Shown one piece after another: positions 1-7,449 of a DNA stretch of 32,000 nucleotides. Each line of letters opens with the position of its first letter. Positions within the stretch are counted from its first letter, which is position 1. The notes under the pieces were generated by a model, which did not search any database, was not told where the DNA came from, and saw only the letters and a program-made list of their open reading frames with translations. The translations under genes and the position numbers were made by a program. Source of the DNA: Longivirga aurantiaca (lineage in GTDB: Bacteria > Actinomycetota > Actinomycetes > S36-B12 > CAIYMF01); assembly GCF_042660085.1 (NCBI RefSeq), contig NZ_JBHSTI010000008.1, positions 600,001-632,000 of the forward strand, in the 5' to 3' direction.

Positions 1-957
1 CGCGCCGCGCGCGCTGCCGATGACGAGCTCGAACAGCCGGTCGTGCAACGCAGGGTCGTGCATCCAGAGCTGCGTCGCGTGGGTGAGGAACCCCAACGAT
101 GTGAGGTCGTCGTCGGCGAGCACCTGCGCCTCGGGCGAGGCCGGAGCCTCCGGCAGCAGCAGCGAGGCGTGCACGGCCGGACGATGCGCGGTGAGGCCGA
201 CGCACGCGATCTCCGCGCGCAGCGGCAGACCCTCGCGCAGCTGCTCGGTGGCGGCCTCGACGCAGCGCCGGTGGAACTCCTCCTCGCCGACCTGCTGGAT
301 CGCCTCGTACGCCGGGCCCGTCGAGGCGAGCATCCGCGCGAACGTCTCGGGGTCCGGGAACTCCCACGCGAAGGGCACCTCGTGACGCCGTACGCCGACG
401 AAGCCCGCCTCGGCAAGGACGGCCTCGCCCACGTCGGGACGCCCGAGCGACTTCATCCGCGCCTGGGCCTCGACCTTCTCCGGCGCGGCCAGGGTGAACG
501 GCAGCAGCGCCCACAGGCCGGGCGACGCCTTGACGTGGCCCCAGGTGGTGACGGCGATGCGGCCGCCCGGACGCAGCACGCGGCAGGCCTCGACGAGCGC
601 CTCCGGCGTCGTGGCCCACAGGCCGCGGAAGCTCGTGACGACGTCGAAGGACGCGTCGTCCCACGGCAGCGCAGCCATGTCGCCGACGCGGATGTCGCCG
701 TCGGGCACGCGGTCGCGCGCGATCGCCGTGAGGCGCGGCGATGCATCGACCCCCGCCACCGTCGCGCCGCGCGCGCGAGCGAGTTCCAGCGCGAGTCCGG
801 ATCCGCAGGCGATGTCGAGCAGGCGATCGCCCGCGCCGACGTCGAGGTGCTGGTGCATCGCGACGTACTCGCGCGACGCGGCCGGCTCGAGCAGGGTGGC
901 GAAGTCGACAGCGCGCCGGCCCCAGCCCTCGTCGACGGTGAGCCACTGGTCGGTCAT
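1..957 (-). CDS. Class I SAM-dependent methyltransferase (3' end outside window)
   Basis: Reverse-strand frame open from ATG at 957 to window edge; MTDQWLTVDEGWGRRA..., SAM-binding motif LLDIACGSGLALELA, then VLRPGGRIAVTTWG. Start overlaps the stop of the upstream gene (ATGA). Confidence 0.85.
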   Translation of the reverse strand, partial: MTDQWLTVDEGWGRRAVDFATLLEPAASREYVAMHQHLDVGAGDRLLDIACGSGLALELARARGATVAGVDASPRLTAIARDRVPDGDIRVGDMAALPWDDASFDVVTSFRGLWATTPEALVEACRVLRPGGRIAVTTWGHVKASPGLWALLPFTLAAPEKVEAQARMKSLGRPDVGEAVLAEAGFVGVRRHEVPFAWEFPDPETFARMLASTGPAYEAIQQVGEEEFHRRCVEAATEQLREGLPLRAEIACVGLTAHRPAVHASLLLPEAPASPEAQVLADDDLTSLGFLTHATQLWMHDPALHDRLFELVIGSARGA

Positions 958-2543
958 CGGGATCCCTCGGTCAGCCCGTGGTCGGTCGCGTAGGTCGCTG
1001 CTGCGACGCGCGATCCGACGTCCAGGGCGGCGTAGATGTTGGCGATGTGCCGGTGCACCGTGTGCTCGCTCAGGTGGAGCTGGCGAGCGATCTCGGCGTT
1101 GCTGAGGCCGGCGGCGAGGAGTCGCAGCACCTCGGTCTGCCGCTCTGTCAGGGGCCCGTCGGCGGGCGTGCTCCTCAGCGGCCCGAGGATGGCCATGGCG
1201 GCGCGCTGCTGCTCGTCGGCGCGCACGTCGTCGGTCCGGCGCAGCGCGGCGGCGAGCTGCAGCCGAGCGTCGGCCTCATCGAACGGCCGCCCGGCGAGAT
1301 GGAAGCGGCGTACGGCGTCCTCCCACTTCTCGATCGCGGCGTCGTCGTCGGCGAGACGCGCCTCGGAGGAGTCTGCGTGCGCGGCGAGCGCGACGGTGCC
1401 GACGCGGTCGGCGATGCGGCGCAGCTCGGCGGCCGCCTGCTGCGCCTCGGCGAGGTTGCCCGCCGCGATGCCCGCGGCCACCGCGACGTCGAGGGCGCCG
1501 ACCCGCTCCAGAAGCTCGTCGCCGCGCATCGATCGGAGGAGCTCGGCGATGGTCGACCATGCACGCGCCGCATCGCCCTGGTCGAGCCGCAGCCGGGCGA
1601 GGCTTGTGACGGCCGCAGGCAGGTAGCCGGCCTGGGCCAGGAGCGCCTCGGCCTCGATGAGCCGGCCCTGCCTACGACGCACCTCGCCGAGCTGGGCGAC
1701 GGCGTCGAGCCGGCTCATCCGCTGCGATCGCTCGAGCCGGGACATCACATCGACCAGCGTCGACTCGGCGCCGGCGGAGTCTCCGCTCGCCAGCTGCACC
1801 GTGGCGTACTGCGTTCGGCAGACGGCGAACAGCGGGGCCAGCTCGTGCCGGACGCAGATGTCCTCGACGCGGGCGCACCAGTCACCGGCGCGCGCGAGGT
1901 CGTGCGTCTCCTGGCAGGCGCTGATGAGCCAGCAGCAGATCTTGCCCATCCACATGAGGCTCTCGACGTCGCCAGCTGTCGCCGCGGCGGCGGCCGAGTC
2001 GAGCGCAGCCATGCCGGGCACGACATCGCCGCAGCGCACGTGCGCCAGCCCCTCGAGGGCCTGCCCGACGATGGCGAGGTCGTCGTCACCGGTCGCCCGG
2101 CCCACGGCCGAGGCCCGTGCTGCTGCGTCGAGCGCGGCGGCCGAGTCGTGGTCGACGTTGAGCGCCACCTCGGCCTGCCTCACGGCGAGCCAGCCCGCCT
2201 CGGGCACGTCCGTCGCCCCTGCTAGGAGGTCGGCGGCCCGCGCGAGCCACCCGCGCCCGACTGCGACCCCTCTGCCGAACAGCATGGAGTCGTAGCCGAG
2301 CGAGGCGGCTGCCCGGGCGGCGCCCCTGTCGTCGCCCGTGGCACGGAAGCTGCGGTACGCCGCCTCACGGGCCTCGAGGCAGGTCCCGGCGTCGTCGAGC
2401 CACCACGCCGCCTCCGCGATCCCCTCGAATCCCTCGGGATCGCCGGTCATGGCCGCGAGCACCGTGAACCGGTCGACGGCCTCCGCCCACCGGCCGGCCT
2501 TCAGCGCTGCGCGCGCCTCCTCGCGGTCGTCGGTGGCGGTCAT
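954..2543 (-). CDS. LuxR-family transcriptional regulator with TPR-like N-terminal region
   Basis: C-terminal HTH: LTERQTEVLRLLAAGLSNAEIARQLHLSEHTVHRHIANIYAALDV. Start MTATDD at 2543 preferred over 2573. Confidence 0.9.
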   Translation of the reverse strand: MTATDDREEARAALKAGRWAEAVDRFTVLAAMTGDPEGFEGIAEAAWWLDDAGTCLEAREAAYRSFRATGDDRGAARAAASLGYDSMLFGRGVAVGRGWLARAADLLAGATDVPEAGWLAVRQAEVALNVDHDSAAALDAAARASAVGRATGDDDLAIVGQALEGLAHVRCGDVVPGMAALDSAAAAATAGDVESLMWMGKICCWLISACQETHDLARAGDWCARVEDICVRHELAPLFAVCRTQYATVQLASGDSAGAESTLVDVMSRLERSQRMSRLDAVAQLGEVRRRQGRLIEAEALLAQAGYLPAAVTSLARLRLDQGDAARAWSTIAELLRSMRGDELLERVGALDVAVAAGIAAGNLAEAQQAAAELRRIADRVGTVALAAHADSSEARLADDDAAIEKWEDAVRRFHLAGRPFDEADARLQLAAALRRTDDVRADEQQRAAMAILGPLRSTPADGPLTERQTEVLRLLAAGLSNAEIARQLHLSEHTVHRHIANIYAALDVGSRVAAATYATDHGLTEGSR

Positions 2544-2581
2544 CGGGCCAGCGTGTCGGTCCAGGGTGAGCACGGCAACTG

Positions 2582-2806
2582 TCAGACGCCTGCGCCGGCG
2601 GCGAGCGCATGCACGTCGGCCGTCGTGAGCGCGTTGCCAGCGATGCCCCAGTCACCGCTCTGCACCTCGCGGATGACGCACCAGGTGACCGGGCGCATGT
2701 TCTCGCCCTCGATTCTCACCATCGCGTCGGTGAGCGTCGTGATGATCTGGTTCTTCTGCTCGGGCGTGAACACGTCCTTGATGACGTTGACCTCGATGAG
2801 CGGCAT
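2582..2806 (-). CDS. 4-oxalocrotonate tautomerase family protein
   Basis: 74 aa, MPLIEVNVIKDVFTPEQKNQII..., N-terminal Pro after Met typical of the family. Confidence 0.85.
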   Translation of the reverse strand: MPLIEVNVIKDVFTPEQKNQIITTLTDAMVRIEGENMRPVTWCVIREVQSGDWGIAGNALTTADVHALAAGAGV

Positions 2807-2912
2807 GCGAGCCTCCTGGCGTCGGGTTCACGGTCCCTGCGACCGTGCCGCCAGTCTTCGGGGCCGCACACCGTCGCCGCATCGACGGTGGAGGCCAACG
2901 TGGTCCAGCAGG

Positions 2913-2934
2913 CCATGGCCCGTCCGGGCCATGG
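2913..2934. terminator. Candidate hairpin downstream of the DUF4386-type gene
   Basis: CCATGGCCC-GTCC-GGGCCATGG, perfect 9-bp arms with 4-nt loop; no T tract. Confidence 0.3.
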
Positions 2935-3015
2935 TCCGTTCCCTGAAGCTCGACGGCTGCGCGCCCAGGCCGGTCGAACGGGTGAGGGCGGGGGCTGGAA
3001 GCTTCGCGACCGGGG

Positions 3016-3738
3016 TCAGGCTGGCACGGCGGTACGGCGGACTCCGATGACGAGCAGGTAGCCGACCATCCACAGCTCGCCGAGAGCCGCCGGGAACGTC
3101 AGGGCGTCGCCCAGAGCGCCTGCCGAGGGCGCGGCGTAGGTGACGAACGCGTTCAGGATGTAGCCCACGCCGCTGACGATCAGCAGCCACCCGAGCGCGG
3201 CCGGCATCCATCCGGAGCGGCGGGCCAACCAGCCCATGGGGATGAGCCAGAGACCGAAGAAGAGCGCCCCGACGCCCCACAGGTTCCCGCTGAGGAGGTA
3301 CAGGAGCTGTGTGGTCGCGGCCTCGGTCTCCGGGCTGTCGAGGGCGCCGCCGGCGACGTCGATGGCGGTGGCCAGTGCGGCGGCGCTGCCGAGGAGCGCG
3401 ACGGCGTTGACGGTGCCGAAGACCGCGATGGCGCCCGCGGCGAAGGAGTTGACCGAGCGGAACAGCCGGAAGAACCACAGCGCGCACAGCACCTGGGTGA
3501 GCACGAGCCCCAGCTCGAGGACCACGCCGAGTCGGGCGAGGCCCGGGTTCTCGACGAGGTTGGCCAGGGTGGCGGCCGGGTCGCCGTCCACGAAGAGCTG
3601 GGTGCGTACGAACAGGAAGCCGAGGCCGCCCGTGATGGCGACGCCCAGGTAGAGCAGGCCGGTCGCGCGGGCCGTGCGCACCAGGTCGGCGCGGGCCGCA
3701 TCGTGCTGGGGGACGGCGGGTGCCGCGGTCGTGGTCAT
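3016..3738 (-). CDS. DUF4386-type multi-pass membrane protein
   Basis: MTTTAAPAVPQHDAARADLVRTARATGLLYLGVAITGG..., multiple hydrophobic helices; start at 3738 preceded by GGAGG. Confidence 0.75.
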   Translation of the reverse strand: MTTTAAPAVPQHDAARADLVRTARATGLLYLGVAITGGLGFLFVRTQLFVDGDPAATLANLVENPGLARLGVVLELGLVLTQVLCALWFFRLFRSVNSFAAGAIAVFGTVNAVALLGSAAALATAIDVAGGALDSPETEAATTQLLYLLSGNLWGVGALFFGLWLIPMGWLARRSGWMPAALGWLLIVSGVGYILNAFVTYAAPSAGALGDALTFPAALGELWMVGYLLVIGVRRTAVPA

Positions 3739-3760
3739 GGGAGAGCCTCCGATCGACGTG

Positions 3761-3795
3761 TGCCTTACGTTGTAAGGCATCCTTACACGGTAAGG
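3761..3795. promoter_or_regulatory. Twin palindromic operators in divergent intergenic region (probable TetR sites)
   Basis: TGCCTTAC-GTT-GTAAGGCA (3761..3779) and CCTTAC-ACG-GTAAGG (3781..3795), same CCTTACnnnGTAAGG core, centres 18 bp apart. Confidence 0.8.
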
Positions 3796-3820
3796 TGGTC
3801 GCTGTCCAGGAGGAGGTCCG

Positions 3821-4507
3821 ATGACCGCGGAGGCAGTACGAGGCACGCTCAGCCGCGAGCGCGTGCTGGCGACGGCGATGACCGTGGCCGACGCCGACGG
3901 GCTCGCCGCCGTGACCATGCGGCGGGTGGCGTCCGAGCTCGGGGTGGAGGCGATGTCGCTCTACCACCACGTACCGAGCAAGGAGCAGCTCCTCGACGGC
4001 CTGGCCGACGCCCTCATCGTCGAGATCGCCGCCGCGGCGCCCGAGCGCGACCCGTCCGCGGACTGGCGGACGTCGCTGCGCCACCGGTGCCTGGCGGCGC
4101 GCGAGGTCGTCGTGCAGCACCGGTGGGGTCCCGAGCTCATCGGATCGCGCACCCAGGTGCCGATCAGCCTGGTGGTCCACTTCGAGGCGGTCCTCGCGAC
4201 CATGGTGGACGGCGGCCTCAGCTACCACCTCGCGCACCGCGGCCTGCACGCCCTCGGAAGCATGGTCCTGGGCTACTCGCAGGAGCTCTTCGCCGTGCCG
4301 CAGGGAGACGCCGACCCTGGCGCCGAGGTCGAGGCGCAGATGGCTGCGATGGCGGACTCCTTCCCCCACCTCACGGCGATGGTCGCCTCCGAGCTCCACG
4401 ACAACTCCGAGGACCCGTTGGGCTGGTGCGACAGCAACGCGGAGTTCGAGTTCACGCTCGACCTGATCCTCGACGGCCTCGCCCGCCATCACGACCCGCA
4501 CGCCTAG
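3821..4507 (+). CDS. TetR/AcrR-family transcriptional regulator
   Basis: LSRERVLATAMTVADADGLAAVTMRRVASELGVEAMSLYHHVPSKEQLLDGLADAL; RBS AGGAGGAGG. Confidence 0.92.
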   Translation: MTAEAVRGTLSRERVLATAMTVADADGLAAVTMRRVASELGVEAMSLYHHVPSKEQLLDGLADALIVEIAAAAPERDPSADWRTSLRHRCLAAREVVVQHRWGPELIGSRTQVPISLVVHFEAVLATMVDGGLSYHLAHRGLHALGSMVLGYSQELFAVPQGDADPGAEVEAQMAAMADSFPHLTAMVASELHDNSEDPLGWCDSNAEFEFTLDLILDGLARHHDPHA

Positions 4508-4573
4508 CCCTCAGACCCGCACGCGGACGGCTGCCCGGGAGCAGGAACCCGCCGATCCGAGTACGTTCCCATC

Positions 4574-5374
4574 ATGACCACCTCCGTGGGCGCGACCGAA
4601 CGACCGACCGGCGACGAGATCCCCGAGGCCAGGTTCACGCGGCTGCGGCGCTACAACCTGTTCATGGGCGTGCTGCACGCGCTCCAGGCGGTGGCCGTGA
4701 TCGCCCTCGCGACGGCGTTCGCCCTGCCGGTGACCGCAGCCTTCATGACGGGGCCGCCGGGATCCGCGCCGGCGGAGCCCGCGACGCTCTTCAACGTCAG
4801 CATCGCCTGGGGCTGCGCGATCTTCCTCCTGCTCTCGGCAGCGGCGCACTTCGTCATCGCCTCGCCCCAGGTCTTCCCGTGGTACCGCGCCAACCTGCGC
4901 CTCAGCCGCAACTACGCGCGCTGGATCGAGTACTCGCTGAGCTCGTCGGTGATGATCGTGCTCATCGCGCTGATCACCGGCATCAGCGACGTCGCCGCTC
5001 TCGTCGCGCTGTTCGGCGTCAACGTCTCGATGATCCTGTTCGGCCTGCTGCAGGAGAAGTACGAGAAGCCCGGCGGCGGGATGCTCCCGTTCTGGCTCGG
5101 CTGCATCGCCGGCATCACGCCGTGGATCGCGATCGGCATCTACCTCGTGAGCCCGGGAAACGCCGCCAGCCCGCCCGGATTCGTGTACGGGATCTTCGTG
5201 TCGCTGTTCGTCTTCTTCAACTGCTTCGCCCTCAACCAGTGGCTGCAGTACCGCCAGGTGGGCAAGTGGCGCGACTACCTCTACGGCGAGACCGTCTACA
5301 TCACCCTGAGCCTCGTGGCGAAGTCGCTGCTGGCCTGGCAGGTCTTCGCCGGCACCCTCGTCCCGCCGAACTGA
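4574..5374 (+). CDS. Heliorhodopsin
   Basis: 266 aa, 7 TM-like segments; family signatures RWIEYSLSSSVMIVLIALITGISDVAALVALFGVNVSMILFG, EKYEKPGGGMLPFWLGCIAGITPWI, PGFVYGIFVSLFVFFNCFALNQWLQY and YITLSLVAKSLLAWQVFAGTL. K250 is in the retinal-lysine position, E119 in the counterion position. Confidence 0.95.
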   Translation: MTTSVGATERPTGDEIPEARFTRLRRYNLFMGVLHALQAVAVIALATAFALPVTAAFMTGPPGSAPAEPATLFNVSIAWGCAIFLLLSAAAHFVIASPQVFPWYRANLRLSRNYARWIEYSLSSSVMIVLIALITGISDVAALVALFGVNVSMILFGLLQEKYEKPGGGMLPFWLGCIAGITPWIAIGIYLVSPGNAASPPGFVYGIFVSLFVFFNCFALNQWLQYRQVGKWRDYLYGETVYITLSLVAKSLLAWQVFAGTLVPPN

Positions 5375-5390
5375 CTCGGCACCAGCACGA

Positions 5391-5732
5391 TCAGGCGCGC
5401 AGCACCTTCTCCATCGGTCGGCCCTTGGCGAGCTCGTCGACGAGCTTGTCGAGGTAGCGGATCTGGCGCATGAGCGGGTCCTCGACCTCCTGCACCTTCA
5501 CCCCGCACACGCTCCCCGTGATGAGGGAGGCGTTCGGGTTCAGGTGCGCCGCGGCGAAGAAGTCCTCGAACGTCGTACCGGCCTCGAGGTGCCGCTGCAG
5601 GGTCGGCTCGTCGAACCCCGTGAGCCACGTGATCACCTGGTCGAGCTCGTCCTGCGAGCGACCCTTGCTCTCCACCTTGGTGATGTAGTGGGGGTAGACC
5701 GAGGCGACGCTCGTCGTGAAGATCCGGTGCAT
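5391..5732 (-). CDS. DUF2200 family protein
   Basis: [46 protein letters not shown]..., characteristic DUF2200 N-terminus. Confidence 0.85.
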   Translation of the reverse strand: MHRIFTTSVASVYPHYITKVESKGRSQDELDQVITWLTGFDEPTLQRHLEAGTTFEDFFAAAHLNPNASLITGSVCGVKVQEVEDPLMRQIRYLDKLVDELAKGRPMEKVLRA

Positions 5733-5897
5733 CCCGCGATGCTAGGCACACCGGCCGATCGCCGGACGGCGGTTCCCGCCGGCCCCGTGGTTGCCGGCTG
5801 CACCGGTCAAGTCCCGGGGGGTGCCGTGCCGAAGGAGAAGGGGTAGTACGGCGATCGCGGCGTCCGGCCGCGCGCCGACCGCGAAGGGCCCCAGCGC

Positions 5898-6086
5898 ATG
5901 AGCACCGACACCACGCAGCGCGTCGAGGAGATCCTCCGACCCGTCCTCGGCGACCAGGGCGTCGTCGGCTGGCTCAACCGCCCCCGCCATCAGCTCGGCA
6001 ACCGCACGCCGCGGCAGCTCCTCGTCGACGGCGACGACGACGACAGAGTGCTCGAGATGGCGCTGCGCCTGTCCCGCACCGCCTGA
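5898..6086 (+). CDS. Stand-alone MbcA/ParS/Xre-antitoxin C-terminal-type (DUF2384-like) domain protein
   Basis: 62 aa: VEEILRPVLGDQGVVGWLNRPRHQLGNRTPRQLLVDGDDDDRVLEMALRLSRTA resembles the W-L-x-x-P-x-x-x-L-G-x-x-x-P-x-x-L pattern. Confidence 0.6.
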   Translation: MSTDTTQRVEEILRPVLGDQGVVGWLNRPRHQLGNRTPRQLLVDGDDDDRVLEMALRLSRTA

Positions 6087-6092
6087 CGCAGG

Positions 6093-6488
6093 TCAGTCGA
6101 GCAGCGACGACGCGTCGTCCGGCGCATCGGCGGCGACGGCGAACAGCGCGTCCTCCGGCACGATGTCGAGTGCTGCGATGTTGGTCGCGCGCAGCACGAC
6201 CGGCGCCTGCACCCCCGCGGCGTAGGACTGGAACCAGCGCGCCGCGCAGACGGCCCAGCGGTCGCCCGGCTTCAGGCCGGGGAAGCCGTACTGCGGTGCC
6301 GGCGTGGAGAGATCGTTGCCGGTCTGCTTCTGGTGCTCGAGGAACTCGGCCGTGACGACCGTGCACACCGTGTGCGAGCCGACGTCCTCGGGCCCGGTGG
6401 TCGTGTATCCGTCGCGGTAGAAGCCGGTGATCGGCTCGAGGGAGCAGACCTCGAGGGGCTCGCCGTGCACGTTCGCCTGCAGCTCCAT
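6093..6488 (-). CDS. DUF2237 family protein
   Basis: NVHGEPLEVCSLEPITGFYRDGYTTTGPEDVGSHTVCTVVTAEFLEHQKQTGNDLSTPAPQYGFPGLKPGDRWAVCAARW. Confidence 0.9.
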   Translation of the reverse strand: MELQANVHGEPLEVCSLEPITGFYRDGYTTTGPEDVGSHTVCTVVTAEFLEHQKQTGNDLSTPAPQYGFPGLKPGDRWAVCAARWFQSYAAGVQAPVVLRATNIAALDIVPEDALFAVAADAPDDASSLLD

Positions 6489-6581
6489 GCGCCCACCCTA
6501 GGACGACCCACAGCAGGGGGCACGGCCCGCTGACCGGCGGACAGGATTGGCCTCGGCCGGTTCCTCACGTACGTTGGACGC

Positions 6582-6968
6582 GTGAGCCAGCCGAGCGGTC
6601 GACGCGCAGCCTTCGGGGCCGCGCTCCTCGGCGTGCTGCTCCTGCTGGTGTCCGGAGTCGCAGGCGCCCTGCCCCAGTCGGTCGCCACCGCTCCCGTGGC
6701 CGCCTCATCCTCGGCGCCGTCGCTCGAGGCCTCGACGTCGCAGCTCGGTCATGCCGCGCTGCGCACGTCGCACGCCTCGGTGACCGGTGCCATCGGCGCC
6801 GATCGCAGCGCGGTGGGCAAGGGCTCGTCCTCTGCCGTTCCCGTCACCCTGCTCCTCCTGGCGCTCGCGTGCCTGGCCATCGCCGTACGCCGTGCCCGGA
6901 CGCCGATGTCGTCCGCGCCCGTGCGTGCGCGCGGCTCACGCGCCCCGCCGACGCTCGCGTCCTGCTGA
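6582..6968 (+). CDS. Putative secreted/membrane protein, unknown function
   Basis: Signal-like N-terminus RRAAFGAALLGVLLLLVSGVAGALP and second hydrophobic segment VPVTLLLLALACLAIAVRRAR. Confidence 0.45.
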   Translation: MSQPSGRRAAFGAALLGVLLLLVSGVAGALPQSVATAPVAASSSAPSLEASTSQLGHAALRTSHASVTGAIGADRSAVGKGSSSAVPVTLLLLALACLAIAVRRARTPMSSAPVRARGSRAPPTLASC

Positions 6969-7070
6969 CGCCAGCGCGCTGACGCCGTAGCTGCGTCCGT
7001 CACGTCTCCTCGCGGTCCGTCGACCGCCCCTCCGCCCTTCCACGTCGCCGCCCTGGTGCGGCACGTGCCG

Positions 7071-7089
7071 GCGACGTCCCCGACGTCGC
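7071..7089. repeat. Short inverted repeat upstream of the TraR/DksA-like gene
   Basis: GCGACGTC-CCC-GACGTCGC, perfect 8-bp arms, 18 nt before ATG 7108. Confidence 0.4.
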
Positions 7090-7107
7090 GCCTTCCCGGG
7101 AGAAGCC

Positions 7108-7449
7108 ATGCACATCCCCGTCGCCGACCGACCGCTCTCCGTGCGCGATCTCCGCGCCGTGCGCCAGCGCCTCGTGTCGATGCACGCGCATCTCGACGAG
7201 CAGATGGACCGCGCCACCACGGCGCTCGACCTGCTGCGAACGACCGCCGACGTCGCCGACCCAGAGGTGCAGCCGCCGCTGATGTCGGCCCTGCGGCTCC
7301 TCGACGTCGCCGAGCGTGAGGCGTCCGATGTGATCCACGCGCTGACCCGCCTCGCGGACGGCCGCTACGGGCGCTGCGACGTGTGCGGCGTTCAGATCCC
7401 GGTCGAGGTGCTGCTCGACCGCCCCCTCGCGCGGACGTGCGGACGATGA
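7108..7449 (+). CDS. TraR/DksA-type zinc-finger family protein, C-terminally truncated finger
   Basis: RLADGRYGRCDVCGVQIPVEVLLDRPLARTCGR*: first CxxC present, only one Cys of the second pair before the stop. Confidence 0.75.
   Translation: MHIPVADRPLSVRDLRAVRQRLVSMHAHLDEQMDRATTALDLLRTTADVADPEVQPPLMSALRLLDVAEREASDVIHALTRLADGRYGRCDVCGVQIPVEVLLDRPLARTCGR

Noticed and set aside
5375-5390. Terminator between heliorhodopsin and DUF2200 genes
   Set aside because: The intergenic gap is only 16 bp and shows no convincing hairpin.
3703-5457. 584-aa plus-strand ORF over the TetR and heliorhodopsin genes
   Set aside because: Wrong frame; Arg/Pro-rich and without domains, whereas TetR and heliorhodopsin frames are unambiguous.
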